From contig CAXHJY010000179.1 of the NCBI GenBank assembly GCA_964016885.1, forward strand, positions 1 to 64,000: a stretch of DNA of 64,000 bases, read 5' to 3'. Positions 1 through 15,639 of this stretch are shown in pieces; the stretch's first letter is position 1, and each line of letters opens with the position of its first letter. The position numbers were made by a program, and so were the translations under genes. The stretch comes from Eledone cirrhosa. Taxonomy: Eukaryota. The notes beneath the pieces are model-generated. The model worked only from the letters and a program-made list of their open reading frames with translations. It did not search any database and was not told the origin of the DNA.

Positions 1-2185
1 AGAAATTTTGGCTCCTGGAAAAGCTTTGGGTTTTAGCTAATTTTTCCCATTTTAGGGTAAACTTTTGATTGCTATCCCTGAGCGTCCAAGCTTTCTCTGC
101 TAAAGTTGTTACATTTCTTTGGCTCTGGTGTTTTATTGAGTAAGAATGCCTATACAATCGAGATTTAAACGATGTTGCCGTTGATCCCACGTAATACCAC
201 TCGTTGCCTCCGGATTTAATGGTACACTTATAAATAATATTTTTTTCCCGGCAGTTATTGCCGAGGGGGCAGTTGTCAGGATAGGTGCAGTTACAGTTGT
301 GTACGTTGGGTTTTCTCTGGAGTAGTATTGCGGACGAACTTAGGTGTGGTTTATTTATGTTCTGTAGTGTATTGTCTACTGTTTTTTTGGGGTTCTTTGT
401 ACTTAAGTTCTTAGTGTTTTCGTTTAACCTTCTAGTATTGATCTTTTTTATGTGTTGTTCAAGGTTTAACGCTGTAGAGTATGACAGTCTTATAGTGGTA
501 GGGTTTAGGATTTTGTGGTATTTGTGTGATGTGGGAAAATGTCTTTTAATTATTTTAAAGAAGAGTACTGGTAAATTTGTACTAATGGAGCTATTGTATT
601 CGGGGTTATACCATAAGTACTCTTTGCATCGCTTTCTATTAGTTTTGTTTGTTGGTTTACTGGTGTGCATACTATGGTAGTAAGTGTGGTTTGGTGTTGT
701 GTTATTATATCTACCTATGTGGGATTTATTTTGGGTGTTTTGATTGTTCCCATCTATGTACTCTATTTTGTTGAGGTAGCCTGCTTTACTAAGGGCGTTA
801 TCGTAGTACTCGGCGTGTTCCTTAAATACTTGTATGTTAGAAGATAGACCCGAGATTCTAAGGGAAATATTTTTAGGGATAGATTTAATTATAGAGATGG
901 GGTGGTTAGACCCAACATTTACGTATTTGAGATTTTCATTCAATTTATGAAACGGTTTAATCAAACCAGAGTTTAAATTGAGTGTGACATCCAGGAAGTT
1001 AACTACTTTAAGGTTGTATTCATATGTTATAGTTAGTCCTATTTCGAGTAGTAGTTTTCTTATATCTTTGCGTAGTTTTTCTAGTTTTTGGTTATTAAGG
1101 TTTTTAGCTAGGAGGAGAACATCGTCGCGGTATATTCCGCCGTGGAGATTGCTGAATTTTTCCTGGAGTCTAAAGGCGATAAATAACCCCACAATATCAG
1201 TTATTTCCGCCGAATCGTTAGAGCCCATTGTTATGTCAAAGTTGGAGGGTCTATCTTTACGTACCCAATAACTGTTCTCAAATTTGACTATAGTTTTCCT
1301 AGCTTCTAATATAATCTTAATTTCATCGTTTGTAAGGTCGGAGTTATCCTTAGCAAACTTAATGGCTCTATTCAAAGTTTCAGGTGATATCGATGAGTAA
1401 TATTCATCGATATCAAACTGGATAAACTTAGATTTATTCTTATTGCTAATGCTATTAAACCATCTTATTGCTTCTTGGGTCTTCCCCCAGAGTTTAATGT
1501 TAACCTTAGCCTTAATTTGGGGGATGATTCTATCTAAGATATATTTGCTTATTTTACCTATATCTGATTTAGAGGGGCAGATTAATCTAATTTTAGGGTC
1601 ATTATCAAAGTTTACCTTGTGGTCCTTAAGATTGAAAGTGGGTACCGCCGGTAAGAGTGGTCCTGTCCTATCTTCGATTCCGAGATTTTTCACTATTTCG
1701 CATGCCTCATCATTGATGTGCTTAAGGGTTACTTCACTCGTTTTTCTATATTTTTTATGTAATTCTTTTCGAATGAAGTTGTTGTATGTAGTGCAATCCA
1801 TAGTGTACAGGTTTGATGTTTTGTCCGCTTTTACTACAATTCCTTTGGTGTTTTTAAGGTCGTCCAGTAGTTTTTTTATATCTTTCTGTAATTTGCTGTT
1901 GGTGTTGCGTCCTTTGAATTTAATTTTAAGGATTAAGTTCATAAGGTCCTGCTCAAATGCATCTAATAGTGGGTTGGTGGGTGGGTTTTTACAAGTCCTA
2001 AAACCGAATTTTTTGTTTACACCACTTTCTAATGTTGAGTTCATACGGCTTCTATCATAGTGGAGCGTTTTGCACCTGACACGTCGAATGAATTCATTAG
2101 TTTTTTGAATCATGCTCAATAAATATTCCTTTCTACCTTGGGTTGGTATGTTTTTGAGTGACATATCCAGGTAGTGTTTTTCCAT
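1..2185 (-). CDS. Penelope-like element ORF (RT + C-terminal GIY-YIG endonuclease), open to the left window edge; probably Hydra clade
   Basis: Manual translation from ATG at 2185 (MEKHYLDMSLKNIPTQ...) has no stop for 728 codons. Motifs: ADKTSNLY, LKDHK..KIRLICPSKS, FIQFDIDEYY, ITMGSNDS, GIYRDDVL, VNFLDVTL, SNHP, linker CNCTYPDNCPLGNNC, then NIIYKC..WYYVGST..FKSRLYRH..LKW. Absent from the ORF track because its stop is outside the window. Confidence 0.93.
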   Translation of the reverse strand, partial: MEKHYLDMSLKNIPTQGRKEYLLSMIQKTNEFIRRVRCKTLHYDRSRMNSTLESGVNKKFGFRTCKNPPTNPLLDAFEQDLMNLILKIKFKGRNTNSKLQKDIKKLLDDLKNTKGIVVKADKTSNLYTMDCTTYNNFIRKELHKKYRKTSEVTLKHINDEACEIVKNLGIEDRTGPLLPAVPTFNLKDHKVNFDNDPKIRLICPSKSDIGKISKYILDRIIPQIKAKVNIKLWGKTQEAIRWFNSISNKNKSKFIQFDIDEYYSSISPETLNRAIKFAKDNSDLTNDEIKIILEARKTIVKFENSYWVRKDRPSNFDITMGSNDSAEITDIVGLFIAFRLQEKFSNLHGGIYRDDVLLLAKNLNNQKLEKLRKDIRKLLLEIGLTITYEYNLKVVNFLDVTLNLNSGLIKPFHKLNENLKYVNVGSNHPISIIKSIPKNISLRISGLSSNIQVFKEHAEYYDNALSKAGYLNKIEYIDGNNQNTQNKSHIGRYNNTTPNHTYYHSMHTSKPTNKTNRKRCKEYLWYNPEYNSSISTNLPVLFFKIIKRHFPTSHKYHKILNPTTIRLSYSTALNLEQHIKKINTRRLNENTKNLSTKNPKKTVDNTLQNINKPHLSSSAILLQRKPNVHNCNCTYPDNCPLGNNCREKNIIYKCTIKSGGNEWYYVGSTATSFKSRLYRHSYSIKHQSQRNVTTLAEKAWTLRDSNQKFTLKWEKLAKTQSFSRSQNF

Positions 2186-2389
2186 TGTTGTGGTTGCGTT
2201 TGCTGTGTGGGTTGCTCGACTTTACAGGAGGTAAATATACAGTTTTTTCCGTTGTGTTGTAATATAAATATTACACACAGTAGATTATCAGCTCACGTAG
2301 AGTTTGCTCGACGGTTCCAGTTGTAGTTCCAAAAGTAATCCGGAGAAAAATAGAAAGATTTGAATGGATACAGTTTAGTTGAAAGGAAT

Positions 2390-2506
2390 TTATTGACACG
2401 TGTTTCTATAACAGTTACATAACCTAAAACAGCTATCTACAAACTTTTAGTTATGCAGACATTCAATATTTCAATGTTATTGTTTACTGTCATTTCATCA
2501 GAATAA
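2390..2506 (-). ncRNA. Type I hammerhead ribozyme in PLE pseudo-LTR
   Basis: Minus strand: TTATT-CTGATGA-(~88 nt stem II with TGACAGT/ACTGTTA and ATAAC/GTTAT pairing)-GAAAC-ACGT-GTC-AATAA; intact core, palindromic stem III, GUC site, stem I TTATT/AATAA. Confidence 0.8.
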
Positions 2507-2819
2507 TATTACTGAGGACCTATTTAGTTTTTATAGAGAATATTAGGAGGAAGGGGTGAAGTTGTTAGAAGAATAGTTGAAGGAGTGGTTTTTCGATAGC
2601 AGTGAGAATTCTTGGTGGCAGTGATTAATTAGATTCCCATCTGTTGTTTTGACATTTTTTATAGAATATATTATTGGTTATTTTTCTAAATCTATAGAAG
2701 GATTAGAGATAGTAAAGATATGCGTGGTTGGTTTTGTGTTTGCACTTAACATTCAGACTTAAATTTTTCTTTCAAGTGTACGTATTCTTTCACCCACGCA
2801 TTCACACACAAATATATTT

Positions 2820-3096
2820 GCACACCTCTACAAAATACATATACTCACAATTCACATATTCATACTTACATATATATACACATGCATACACATATATATA
2901 CACACATGTATTCATGTACATACATACGCGCTCATGTGTATACATTTTCATACTCAACTTATCTTTATATATACACACGTATAGACACACACATATATAC
3001 ATACATACTCTAGTCCATGTGTACACACATACACATACATACACATCCATATACACATACATACATACACATATATATATACATATATACATATAC

Positions 3097-3143
<47 letters not shown>

Positions 3144-3144
3144 C

Positions 3145-3193
<49 letters not shown>

Positions 3194-3290
3194 AGCACTT
3201 TAATACATGAATACACTTACATCTAACTATACACATCAAACATATATATATATTTACTTATTTATATACATTTTCACATATATATACATA
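2820..3290. repeat. Degenerate (CA)/(TA) microsatellite
   Basis: atacacacatatatat runs. Confidence 0.9.
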
Positions 3291-3477
3291 CTTATGGACG
3301 TTTTTAGACACATTCATTATCGCATATTTGTACCTATTCTCATCAGCATATCTTTTCATTATTAGTATGGTAATTTAAGGTTATTAATATATGTTGAAAA
3401 GAGATTGTTTTTATATTTTTCTAACTAGATTAAGGTTTATATAGTTGGGGGATGTCCCTCTTTTATGTAATATTCGG

Positions 3478-8255
<4,778 letters not shown>

Positions 8256-8650
8256 TGTGAGAAAATTTGCTCCAAACGAACTACCCGTGTCCAAAGGAAC
8301 CTGCAGCCGTAGAATCAGCCAGATCCATACAGTGATCATGTCTCGAGCTACCTGCCGGCGAAACAATTGTAACACACAATAAACTGAGTCCAGATGCATC
8401 GCTGATTTTTCGTTTTTTTTACTATATATATATGTATAAATATATATATGTATTTCTCTATCTAGAGTTATATATCTGTGAATTGCACCAAATCTTTGAG
8501 TAAACTTCCTACATATTATATGCCTGTTTAATTAAAATTGACTTAGGACTACAGAGCAACCACAACATACTAACACTGGTTCTTCTCTGTGAATAGGCTA
8601 TCATTGTTTGAGTAAATAGTTATTGTTTCTATGAATTTCTTTCTTTTTAG

Positions 8651-9141
8651 ATTTCCCAATTTGGTTAGAAGGCTGTAAAGATCTCGAATACAAGGAACTA
8701 GCAAGAGGAGACGAGTTGGTCATACCAGAACAATACACTCTTGACCCTAGTTCAACAGACTGCAATGTCATGACAGCTCGGTGGGGTGAACATTTGGTGT
8801 TTAATTATTTGTTGCAGCAGAAGAACCAAGCTGAAAGTTTTATCTACAGTATCAACTGGAAGAATGAATTACAAGAAACTGGACAACCCTATGATATAAA
8901 AGTTGTGCTGAAACAGAGAGATCAAAATGGAGGCCAGTATTTTCATGAGGAATATATTGAAGTGAAAAAAAATTAATTTTTGAAATATCCGACAAGGAGA
9001 TAGAATTTGCAATTAAAAATGTGGCCAGTTATCATATGTACAAAGTGTTTAATGTCGGTAACAGCAATAATGTCCGACTTCTAAAGAATCTGGCCTTACA
9101 CATTAAGTAAAAAAAAGATTCATCTCTATCTTATTATTTAA
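8651..9141 (+). pseudogene. Terminal exon of a NO VEIN-like gene (DUF3883/NOV_C PD-(D/E)XK-like domain), disabled
   Basis: ttctttttAG acceptor at 8649-8650; ARWGEHLVFNYL..WKNELQETGQPYDI..EYIEVK, frameshift at the A-run near 8965, then FEISDKEIEFA..YHMYKVFNVGNSNNVRLLKNLALHIK*KKIHLYLII*. Confidence 0.75.
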
Positions 9142-9160
9142 GACTATATATATATATATC

Positions 9161-9690
9161 AGTCGACCTTTAGGTACCCGGACAAACGATCATCCACGAA
9201 GCTCGTGAACCACGTATGGTTACTCAAAGACTCGGGTATAGACTACTCCATTCAATGGAAAACTATCACTAAGTCCAAGCCATACGCAAGGGATAATCCA
9301 TTGTGGGGACTGTGTATTGAAGAAAGGATAAATATTCTAAGGAGATTACGCAATAGCGATTGCCTAAATTCAAGAAATGAAATCTTTTCATGTTGTCCAC
9401 ATGTCTGGAAACACCTCTTGCATAACTATAAAGCTCCAGATTGAATAACAACAACATTCTAATTTTCTAATCAACTGGAACATTTTATTCCGGACATTCG
9501 AAGTTATCTCCCTTACACTTTTTGCCCGTGGTTTTGTATCGCCGGGTGAAACGACCATTTCTGCGCATGCGCGTTCATACGGTTGTATTTCCTGTTCCAT
9601 ATAACCATTACCAGTCAGAACTAAAGATCCGCATAAGATGAAACAATTGTTCTCGTTATGGTGAACTAACTGTTGTGTTAATACTTAATA
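9161..9690 (+). mobile_element. PLE 3' fragment (C-terminal part of GIY-YIG + 3' UTR) inserted in (TA)n
   Basis: NHVWLLKDSGIDYSIQWK..LCIEERINI..CLNSRNEIFSCCPH; tatata on both sides; decayed hammerhead-like CTAAAGA..GAAACAATTGT at 9621-9650. Confidence 0.8.
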
Positions 9691-10528
9691 TATATATAAG
9701 TAAGATGAGAAAGTTTTACATTTTCTACACCACACTCATTATGCACAGTTAAAAGGCATTAAAATATTGTTATGTAATAGTTATTTAATGCATAGTCATC
9801 AGACAGGTACTTTTGGTTTTTAATATACCTGCTACAGCGTGCATATGCTACATCATGCTGGTGATGGTTAAATAGAAATGGAGGAGTAAAAGCTGCCAGG
9901 TGAGATAATGAGATGAAAGTAGGTCAGTGTATTGATGTATCTCTGTTTCGTTTGGGTCGGTCTGCCTTGTCCATTAAAGGGGATAAAAAATAAATATTTC
10001 CTACAAGTTTTTATTTATCTTAATTATTATTTTGTTATTAAGTCCATCCTTATCAATGTACAGGCATCAGTTTATTCATGGCGGATAACGTCAATAATAT
10101 TATTATCATGTTCCAACTGCTCACAGAATATGAGGAAAAACTTTTTTTTATATTTCATAAGATTGATATACCAATCACAACCTGGAATGTTTAACAAAAT
10201 TTAAATCCACTTCATGTAACAGTTATAAAATTATTCATTCTGTTGGATTAAAGAAAAAATAATCTTTAAATATACCTCTGTACTTTTTACCTTTACATAT
10301 ATGTATTGGGGTGTTAAAACAGTGGTCATGATAGCTAAATATGTGGGTTCGTGCCCCATGTACGTTAATGCTCATCCTTTTTCCAATCTGGAGGTTTTTA
10401 TAATTCCAGCTATTAGGCTAATTTACTTAGTCAAAAATACGGTGGAAGTTCTATTTGACTATCTAATTCTCAAATTCTCCACTGTTTGTAAACAAAGCTA
10501 ATTTTCAAAATAACGCTAAGCTCTGTAT

Positions 10529-10564
<36 letters not shown>

Positions 10565-11888
10565 CATATCAAATCTTATATTTTGTCTGATGAAAATGTA
10601 CTTAAACACCATTGTACTTTTGAAATATGTATAATAAAATATATATTTTGATTATGAGAATTTTTTCATTTATTAATATTTCGGTTAATATTAAATACTC
10701 TAGGAAAATCCTGTCGAGTGCTTCTAATCTATTGTAAAATTGTATTCGTTGAATAATCAATGAACCATATTAATCTTTGGTTATATATATATAATGTTAT
10801 ATTGTTACAATATTAACAGAAATAATAATAAAACACATTTGGATTGTTTTTCACTGTTGTATCTTTTATATCTCCATAGTTAATTTATCTGGCAATCAAT
10901 GTTTATCATTGATTAACCAACGGTTAAAAATATAGATATAAATATATATATTTAGTCTATCAAAGTTATTTCATTGCACACCTGTGACATTATCAGTGGT
11001 ACTATTATATACACACACATATATATATAATAGAAAAAAACAAGGAAGTTTCGTTTATATATGAAAAATATTTATTCCGTATTGATCTGTTAAACATGTT
11101 TCACAGAGGATTGGCTCAAGGTGACCTATAGTAGGGGTTATGGACCCGACTCCAGTATCGATCTGCTCCTCAGACTGGTGATGTGACAAAAGATATATTT
11201 TGTTGTAGTATGTGGGCCAAGATATGTGTATCGGCCCTATTTTTTTGTGTAGCCATTTGTGTGTATTTTGGTGTAATTGGTGGGGCGGCAATGCGGGTGT
11301 GTATTCAGCGATATTCATATACGTTGATGATGATGATGATGGTAGAAATCCATAGATGAAAGATCAAGGAAAACAGTGCTCGATTTGTTGGAAGAAAGCT
11401 TATTTAGTTTAAACAAAGTTTCATACACTTAACATGTATGTGCTATCAATGATTTCAGGGTCCAGTCATGGCCATCACTGTAGAATGGAGGCACTTTTAA
11501 ACTGACCCTTCATTCCAGACTGGAACTCATCATCATCATCGTTTAACGTCCATCTTCCACGCTTGCATGGGTTTGGAGGGGAATTTTCCCACTTGAGGTA
11601 AGATTGGTTGTCTTGCTCGTGTAGGACTGTCTGGCGGGTTTTCTACAGCTGGATGCCCTTCCTAACACCAACCACGTTTACAGTGTGGACTGGGAGGTTT
11701 TTAACTAGCTGTTGAAATAGCAAGAGCTCAGCTGCCAGACTTCTGACTCATTCATATAACTATACTCTACTACCCCAAGTATCAAGTACTCTGGTGAGTA
11801 ATGGTCTAACTGGTTTCTAACTGAATCCATCCTAATTTACAAATGTGTGTGTGTGTACGTGTTATATCTTTTCCACAGTCAAAAAGCC

Positions 11889-12422
11889 TTATATGTACAC
11901 AAAATTGTCTAAATTAGAAAGTTGTTCAGATAAAACACCAATAGCTTGTTTGTTGCTACTTTCAACATCACTTTCTGTAATTTCTCTTTCACTGATATTG
12001 GTTGCTTCTTGAGTTTTAGGAAATCTACAACTCTCACTACTGGTCATGATTTCGTTAACAGCATCTTGCTCCATACATATATTGCCATTAGAATAATTAG
12101 CAACTTCACCAGAACAGTTAACATTGGCATCAATGACTGGCTGAGAAATTTCCAAACTATTTCCGAGTGGATCAATTTCTGTTGTCAAAGCTGTTGGTAC
12201 TGATTGATCGTTATTTCTGTTAGTTGATTCCCAATGTTCACTGTCTTCCATTGCAGCTGCACTGCCACTTAAAGTTTGTTGCTCTGTATTATCACTTATG
12301 ATTTCATAGCTATTTTCTCTTGAATCAACATTATCAGTGGAGGATATTTCTCGCATGTATTCCTGATATGTTGGTGGCATTGCTGGGGTCTCACTGCAGT
12401 TGCTCTGAGACCAGTTAAATGC
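11889..12422 (-). CDS. CUB-LDLa-TM receptor gene, last coding exon (acidic low-complexity tail with PPTY)
   Basis: ttacAG acceptor at 12424-12423, phase 0; AFNWSQSNCSETPAMPPTYQEY...LDNFVYI*. Confidence 0.85.
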   Translation of the reverse strand, partial: AFNWSQSNCSETPAMPPTYQEYMREISSTDNVDSRENSYEIISDNTEQQTLSGSAAAMEDSEHWESTNRNNDQSVPTALTTEIDPLGNSLEISQPVIDANVNCSGEVANYSNGNICMEQDAVNEIMTSSESCRFPKTQEATNISEREITESDVESSNKQAIGVLSEQLSNLDNFVYI

Positions 12423-12878
12423 CTGTAATATATAAAAATAATTATAAACCAAATGGTGTAGTGGCAAGAAATAATCAAAGGGATGTTTTACATCAGAAAA
12501 AAAGGAGAGGAGCTGATCATCAATTCAGACCAAGGAATCTATGTATATCTGATACTATATGCTTGTCACAGAAGGAGGCAGGATTTGAACACAGAAGGCA
12601 CAGAGCCTCATCAGATACCACAAAATGTTCTGTTTGACCCCTTAACATTTCCGCCAATCCATCGTCCCTGGAATGGTATTTTACCTTTCAACCTTTTGCA
12701 GTTGATAAATAAAGTTGACTACTGTGGGATTTGAACTCAGAATGCACTGAACTGGCTAAAAGCCCAAGGTACTTAGTCTGACTCTGCCTGGTTGCTGTCA
12801 TGAAGAAAACATGTTACTGCAGTTGTTATTATTCTTATTATATTCATTTGTTAAATTCAAAAAGCATGTGTTGCTTAC

Positions 12879-12988
12879 CAAGTTAATGTTTCCTTGTAGG
12901 CTGCTTGGTGCCATTACTTCATCATAAGCTGGAGGTCTATCTAACTCACCTTCAAGTGTTAGATTCATCCTTATGTGGTTGGGATTTC
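12879..12988 (-). CDS. CUB-LDLa-TM gene exon, cytoplasmic PPAY motif
   Basis: ttttttAG / GTAAGC, phase 1 to 0; GNPNHIRMNLTLEGELDRPPAYDEVMAPSSLQGNINL. Confidence 0.87.
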
Positions 12989-13679
12989 CTAAAAAAAGCA
13001 AGAAAAAAGGAATGGCTTTGATAACAAAATGAGATTTGTGGAAAACTATAAGTATCCTTATATTTCTATTTTATCAATGTAAGGTCTAGCATGACAGCCA
13101 CTCTAGCGTTTGTACCACAATAAAATTAACCCGGTACACTCTGTAAAGTTTTAGTGTTAGTACTATGATAAAATGCACCCAGTCCATTCTGTAAAGTAGT
13201 AGTGCTGATGTAATGAAAAAAACAGGTGTAAGAAACGTCCTGTAAGGTGATTAGTAGGAAGAAGGACATCCAGCCATAGAAACCTTGCTAAATATGGAAA
13301 GTAATAAGCAGAATTGGTCATTCTGACTGGTCTGATCTCAGAAACCATGACAACCTGTCCAACTCATGTCAGCATAAAAAGAGAATTGTAAAAATTATGA
13401 TGATGATGCCGTATCCTTATATTTCAATAATAACTTTTATATAAAGTAATCTTCAATATTCTAACATGACCCCTTTACCAACTAAAGTTTTTGAACCATT
13501 GTTTGACAAGGCTGGAAACATCAAGGAAGGATGGAGGAGGAGGTAGGAGTATTTTTCTTAAAACCAGGTGGTAAGGGGGGTGCCAGGATCCCTCATTAAC
13601 TGTTAGTTGTTAACACTTTACAAAGTGACTTATAAAATTCTATCCATAGTTTATGTATCACCACCTGATATAGGTCCTA

Positions 13680-14120
13680 TCATCATCATCACCGTTTTTA
13701 TGTCCGTTCTTCCACGCTAGCATGGGTTAGACGGGTTATCCTGTTGTGGGCAGTGTCCAGTCGGTTGACCTTGTCTTGCTCATACGGGAACTGATTCTGG
13801 CTTGATTTCTACAGCTGGATGCCCTTTCTAACACCAACCTCATTTGCAGTGAGTGCTGGGTGCTTTTTTTCCGTGGCGCCTACACGTCCACTTACAGTGT
13901 AGGCTGGGTGCTTTTTTGCCGTTGCACCTCCATTACCACTTTGCAGTGGAATGATAGGGAACCCAGTCCTATCATCTCATTTCTACAACTAAGTAAACTG
14001 GAGCAATGTGAAATAAAGTGTCTTGCTCAAGGAAACAACACATCACCCGGTCCGAGAATTGAACTCACAACCTTTCGATTGCAAGCCCAATGCTCTAACC
14101 ACTAAGTCATGCGCCTTCAT
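13680..14120 (-). mobile_element. tRNA-derived SINE family B (39-bp internal repeats, (GAT)n tail)
   Basis: Reverse complement of the 22605-22985 copy. Confidence 0.85.
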
Positions 14121-14279
14121 GCGTCCTATCTTACAAATATTTCTTTAGTGTAGTTGTAAATTAAAAGCATTAGTAAAAATAGTGGTGTAGCTTGCTTCTA
14201 TTACTACCTAGCTTAAAGAATTATCAATTAATGTTTGCAAATATATAGAAGAGTAACTGTAAGGTGTTCTTTAGAATAA

Positions 14280-14340
14280 AGGTCTATATATAATGTGGAG
14301 AGAAACACTAGGTGTTTCTCTCCACATTATATATAGACCT
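14280..14340. repeat. Perfect 29-bp inverted repeat with 3-nt spacer
   Basis: aggtctatatataatgtggagagaaacac-tag-gtgtttctctccacattatatatagacct. Confidence 0.95.
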
Positions 14341-14782
14341 CCACAAGTTAGCAGTTATGACTCTCTGCACAAAATGATTTCACTTGCAAAGATAATGACA
14401 CAGATTGTGAGAACAAATACCATAAATTCTCTATCTTGAAACATATTGTGGCTACTAGTGAGATGGTGTAGTTACTGAAACTAAAGTCAAGTTAGAAAAT
14501 CAAGTTTGTGGAAGAAAAATAAGCAGCTGCTTAATTATTAGCACTATCAATCTACCCTTGTTTCATGTAGGCTCACTTAACTGTTTATTTGTATTAAAAC
14601 CAAAGAACACACAAAATTCCTGTCAAGTGGTTGGCATTGGGAAGAGTAGCCAGCTGTAAAAACCATGCCAAATATGGAACATAATGTGCAAGACTGGTCG
14701 CTCCAGCCTATCTGGTCTTGGATCGTAACAAACTGTCCAACCCATGCCAGTATGGAAAAAAAATTCTCTAAAAAAATCTTAC

Positions 14783-14950
14783 CACTTAAAGAAGATATTG
14801 CAGATGAATTCTGTCTGGGAGTTCGTCGGCATTTGTGCTTCTTGCAAACAAATAAAAAAAACAAGCACAGTGACAGAATAATAACGGCTGTTACAGTAAG
14901 TATTATGATTAGACTATAACTCCAATATGAAAAATATGGTTTTCTGGAAT
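14783..14950 (-). CDS. CUB-LDLa-TM gene, transmembrane exon
   Basis: ttttcAG / GTAAGA, phase 1-1; DSRKPYFSYWSYSLIIILTVTAVIILSLCLFFLFVC then basic stop-transfer KKHKCRR. Confidence 0.9.
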
Positions 14951-15164
14951 CTGAAAAAGAAAGGTAAATAAAAGTTAATTGTTAATCCTTTACAAACACA
15001 TGTATGAACCCATAACTCCTGCTGGAATTATAGGAGTGCTGTAGTGACATAAAGCATGCCTTGGGCACCTGACAAAACCTTTTAGTTTCCTAAAAGAGAT
15101 AGTGCCAGGAATGACCATCCAACACATTCACAATTAAAAAAGTATAAAATATAAATCTCATCAC

Positions 15165-15290
15165 CTATAAGTGAACATTTTTCTTCATCAGAGTTATCTG
15201 AGCAATCGGCCCATCCGTTGCACCTTTTGAATTCTGGAATACAAAGAGCATCATTCTTACACTGGAATCTGCCAACGCCACAATGTATTC
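15165..15290 (-). CDS. CUB-LDLa-TM gene, LDL receptor class A exon
   Basis: ttttccAG / GTGAT, phase 1-1; CGVGRFQCKNDALCIPEFKRCNGWADCSDNSDEEKC (6 Cys, D-C-x-D-x-S-D-E). Confidence 0.93.
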   Translation of the reverse strand, partial: EYIVALADSSVRMMLFVFQNSKGATDGPIAQITLMKKNVHL

Positions 15291-15338
15291 CTGGAAAAAA
15301 TAAGCAATTGAAAAACAATAATAAAAACATAAGTGTAC

Positions 15339-15377
<39 letters not shown>

Positions 15378-15639
15378 GAACAAATAGTTTAACTAAATAC
15401 ATAAAGAAACTTAAACATTACTACCCTAATGATATGGGCCTGGACAGTGTGGGGAGCACTCTGTGGCACACAGAACCCCAGGTGCTAGCTGCCTCATGGT
15501 CCTAGCAGACAGAATGGAGAAAGTGTTACCCAGGAAGATGGCAAGTAATATGCACTGAAATGGTCATTCCAACTCTTGAGGCTCACTCCTGCATGTAGCC
15601 AACTCCGCTCCAGTAGTAGTGAGCAGGGAGGTGGTAGAG

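Larger units (their letters stand above)
1..2790 (-). mobile_element. Penelope-like retroelement with upstream pseudo-LTR, abutting CA/TA microsatellite
   Basis: ORF plus upstream non-coding segment with a hammerhead motif and a GTGAG..CTGTGTGTAATA terminus resembling the 3' end of the PLE fragment at 9161-9690; boundary approximate. Confidence 0.8.

Noticed and set aside
285-2060. Plus-strand ORFs
   Set aside because: Antisense shadows of the PLE ORF
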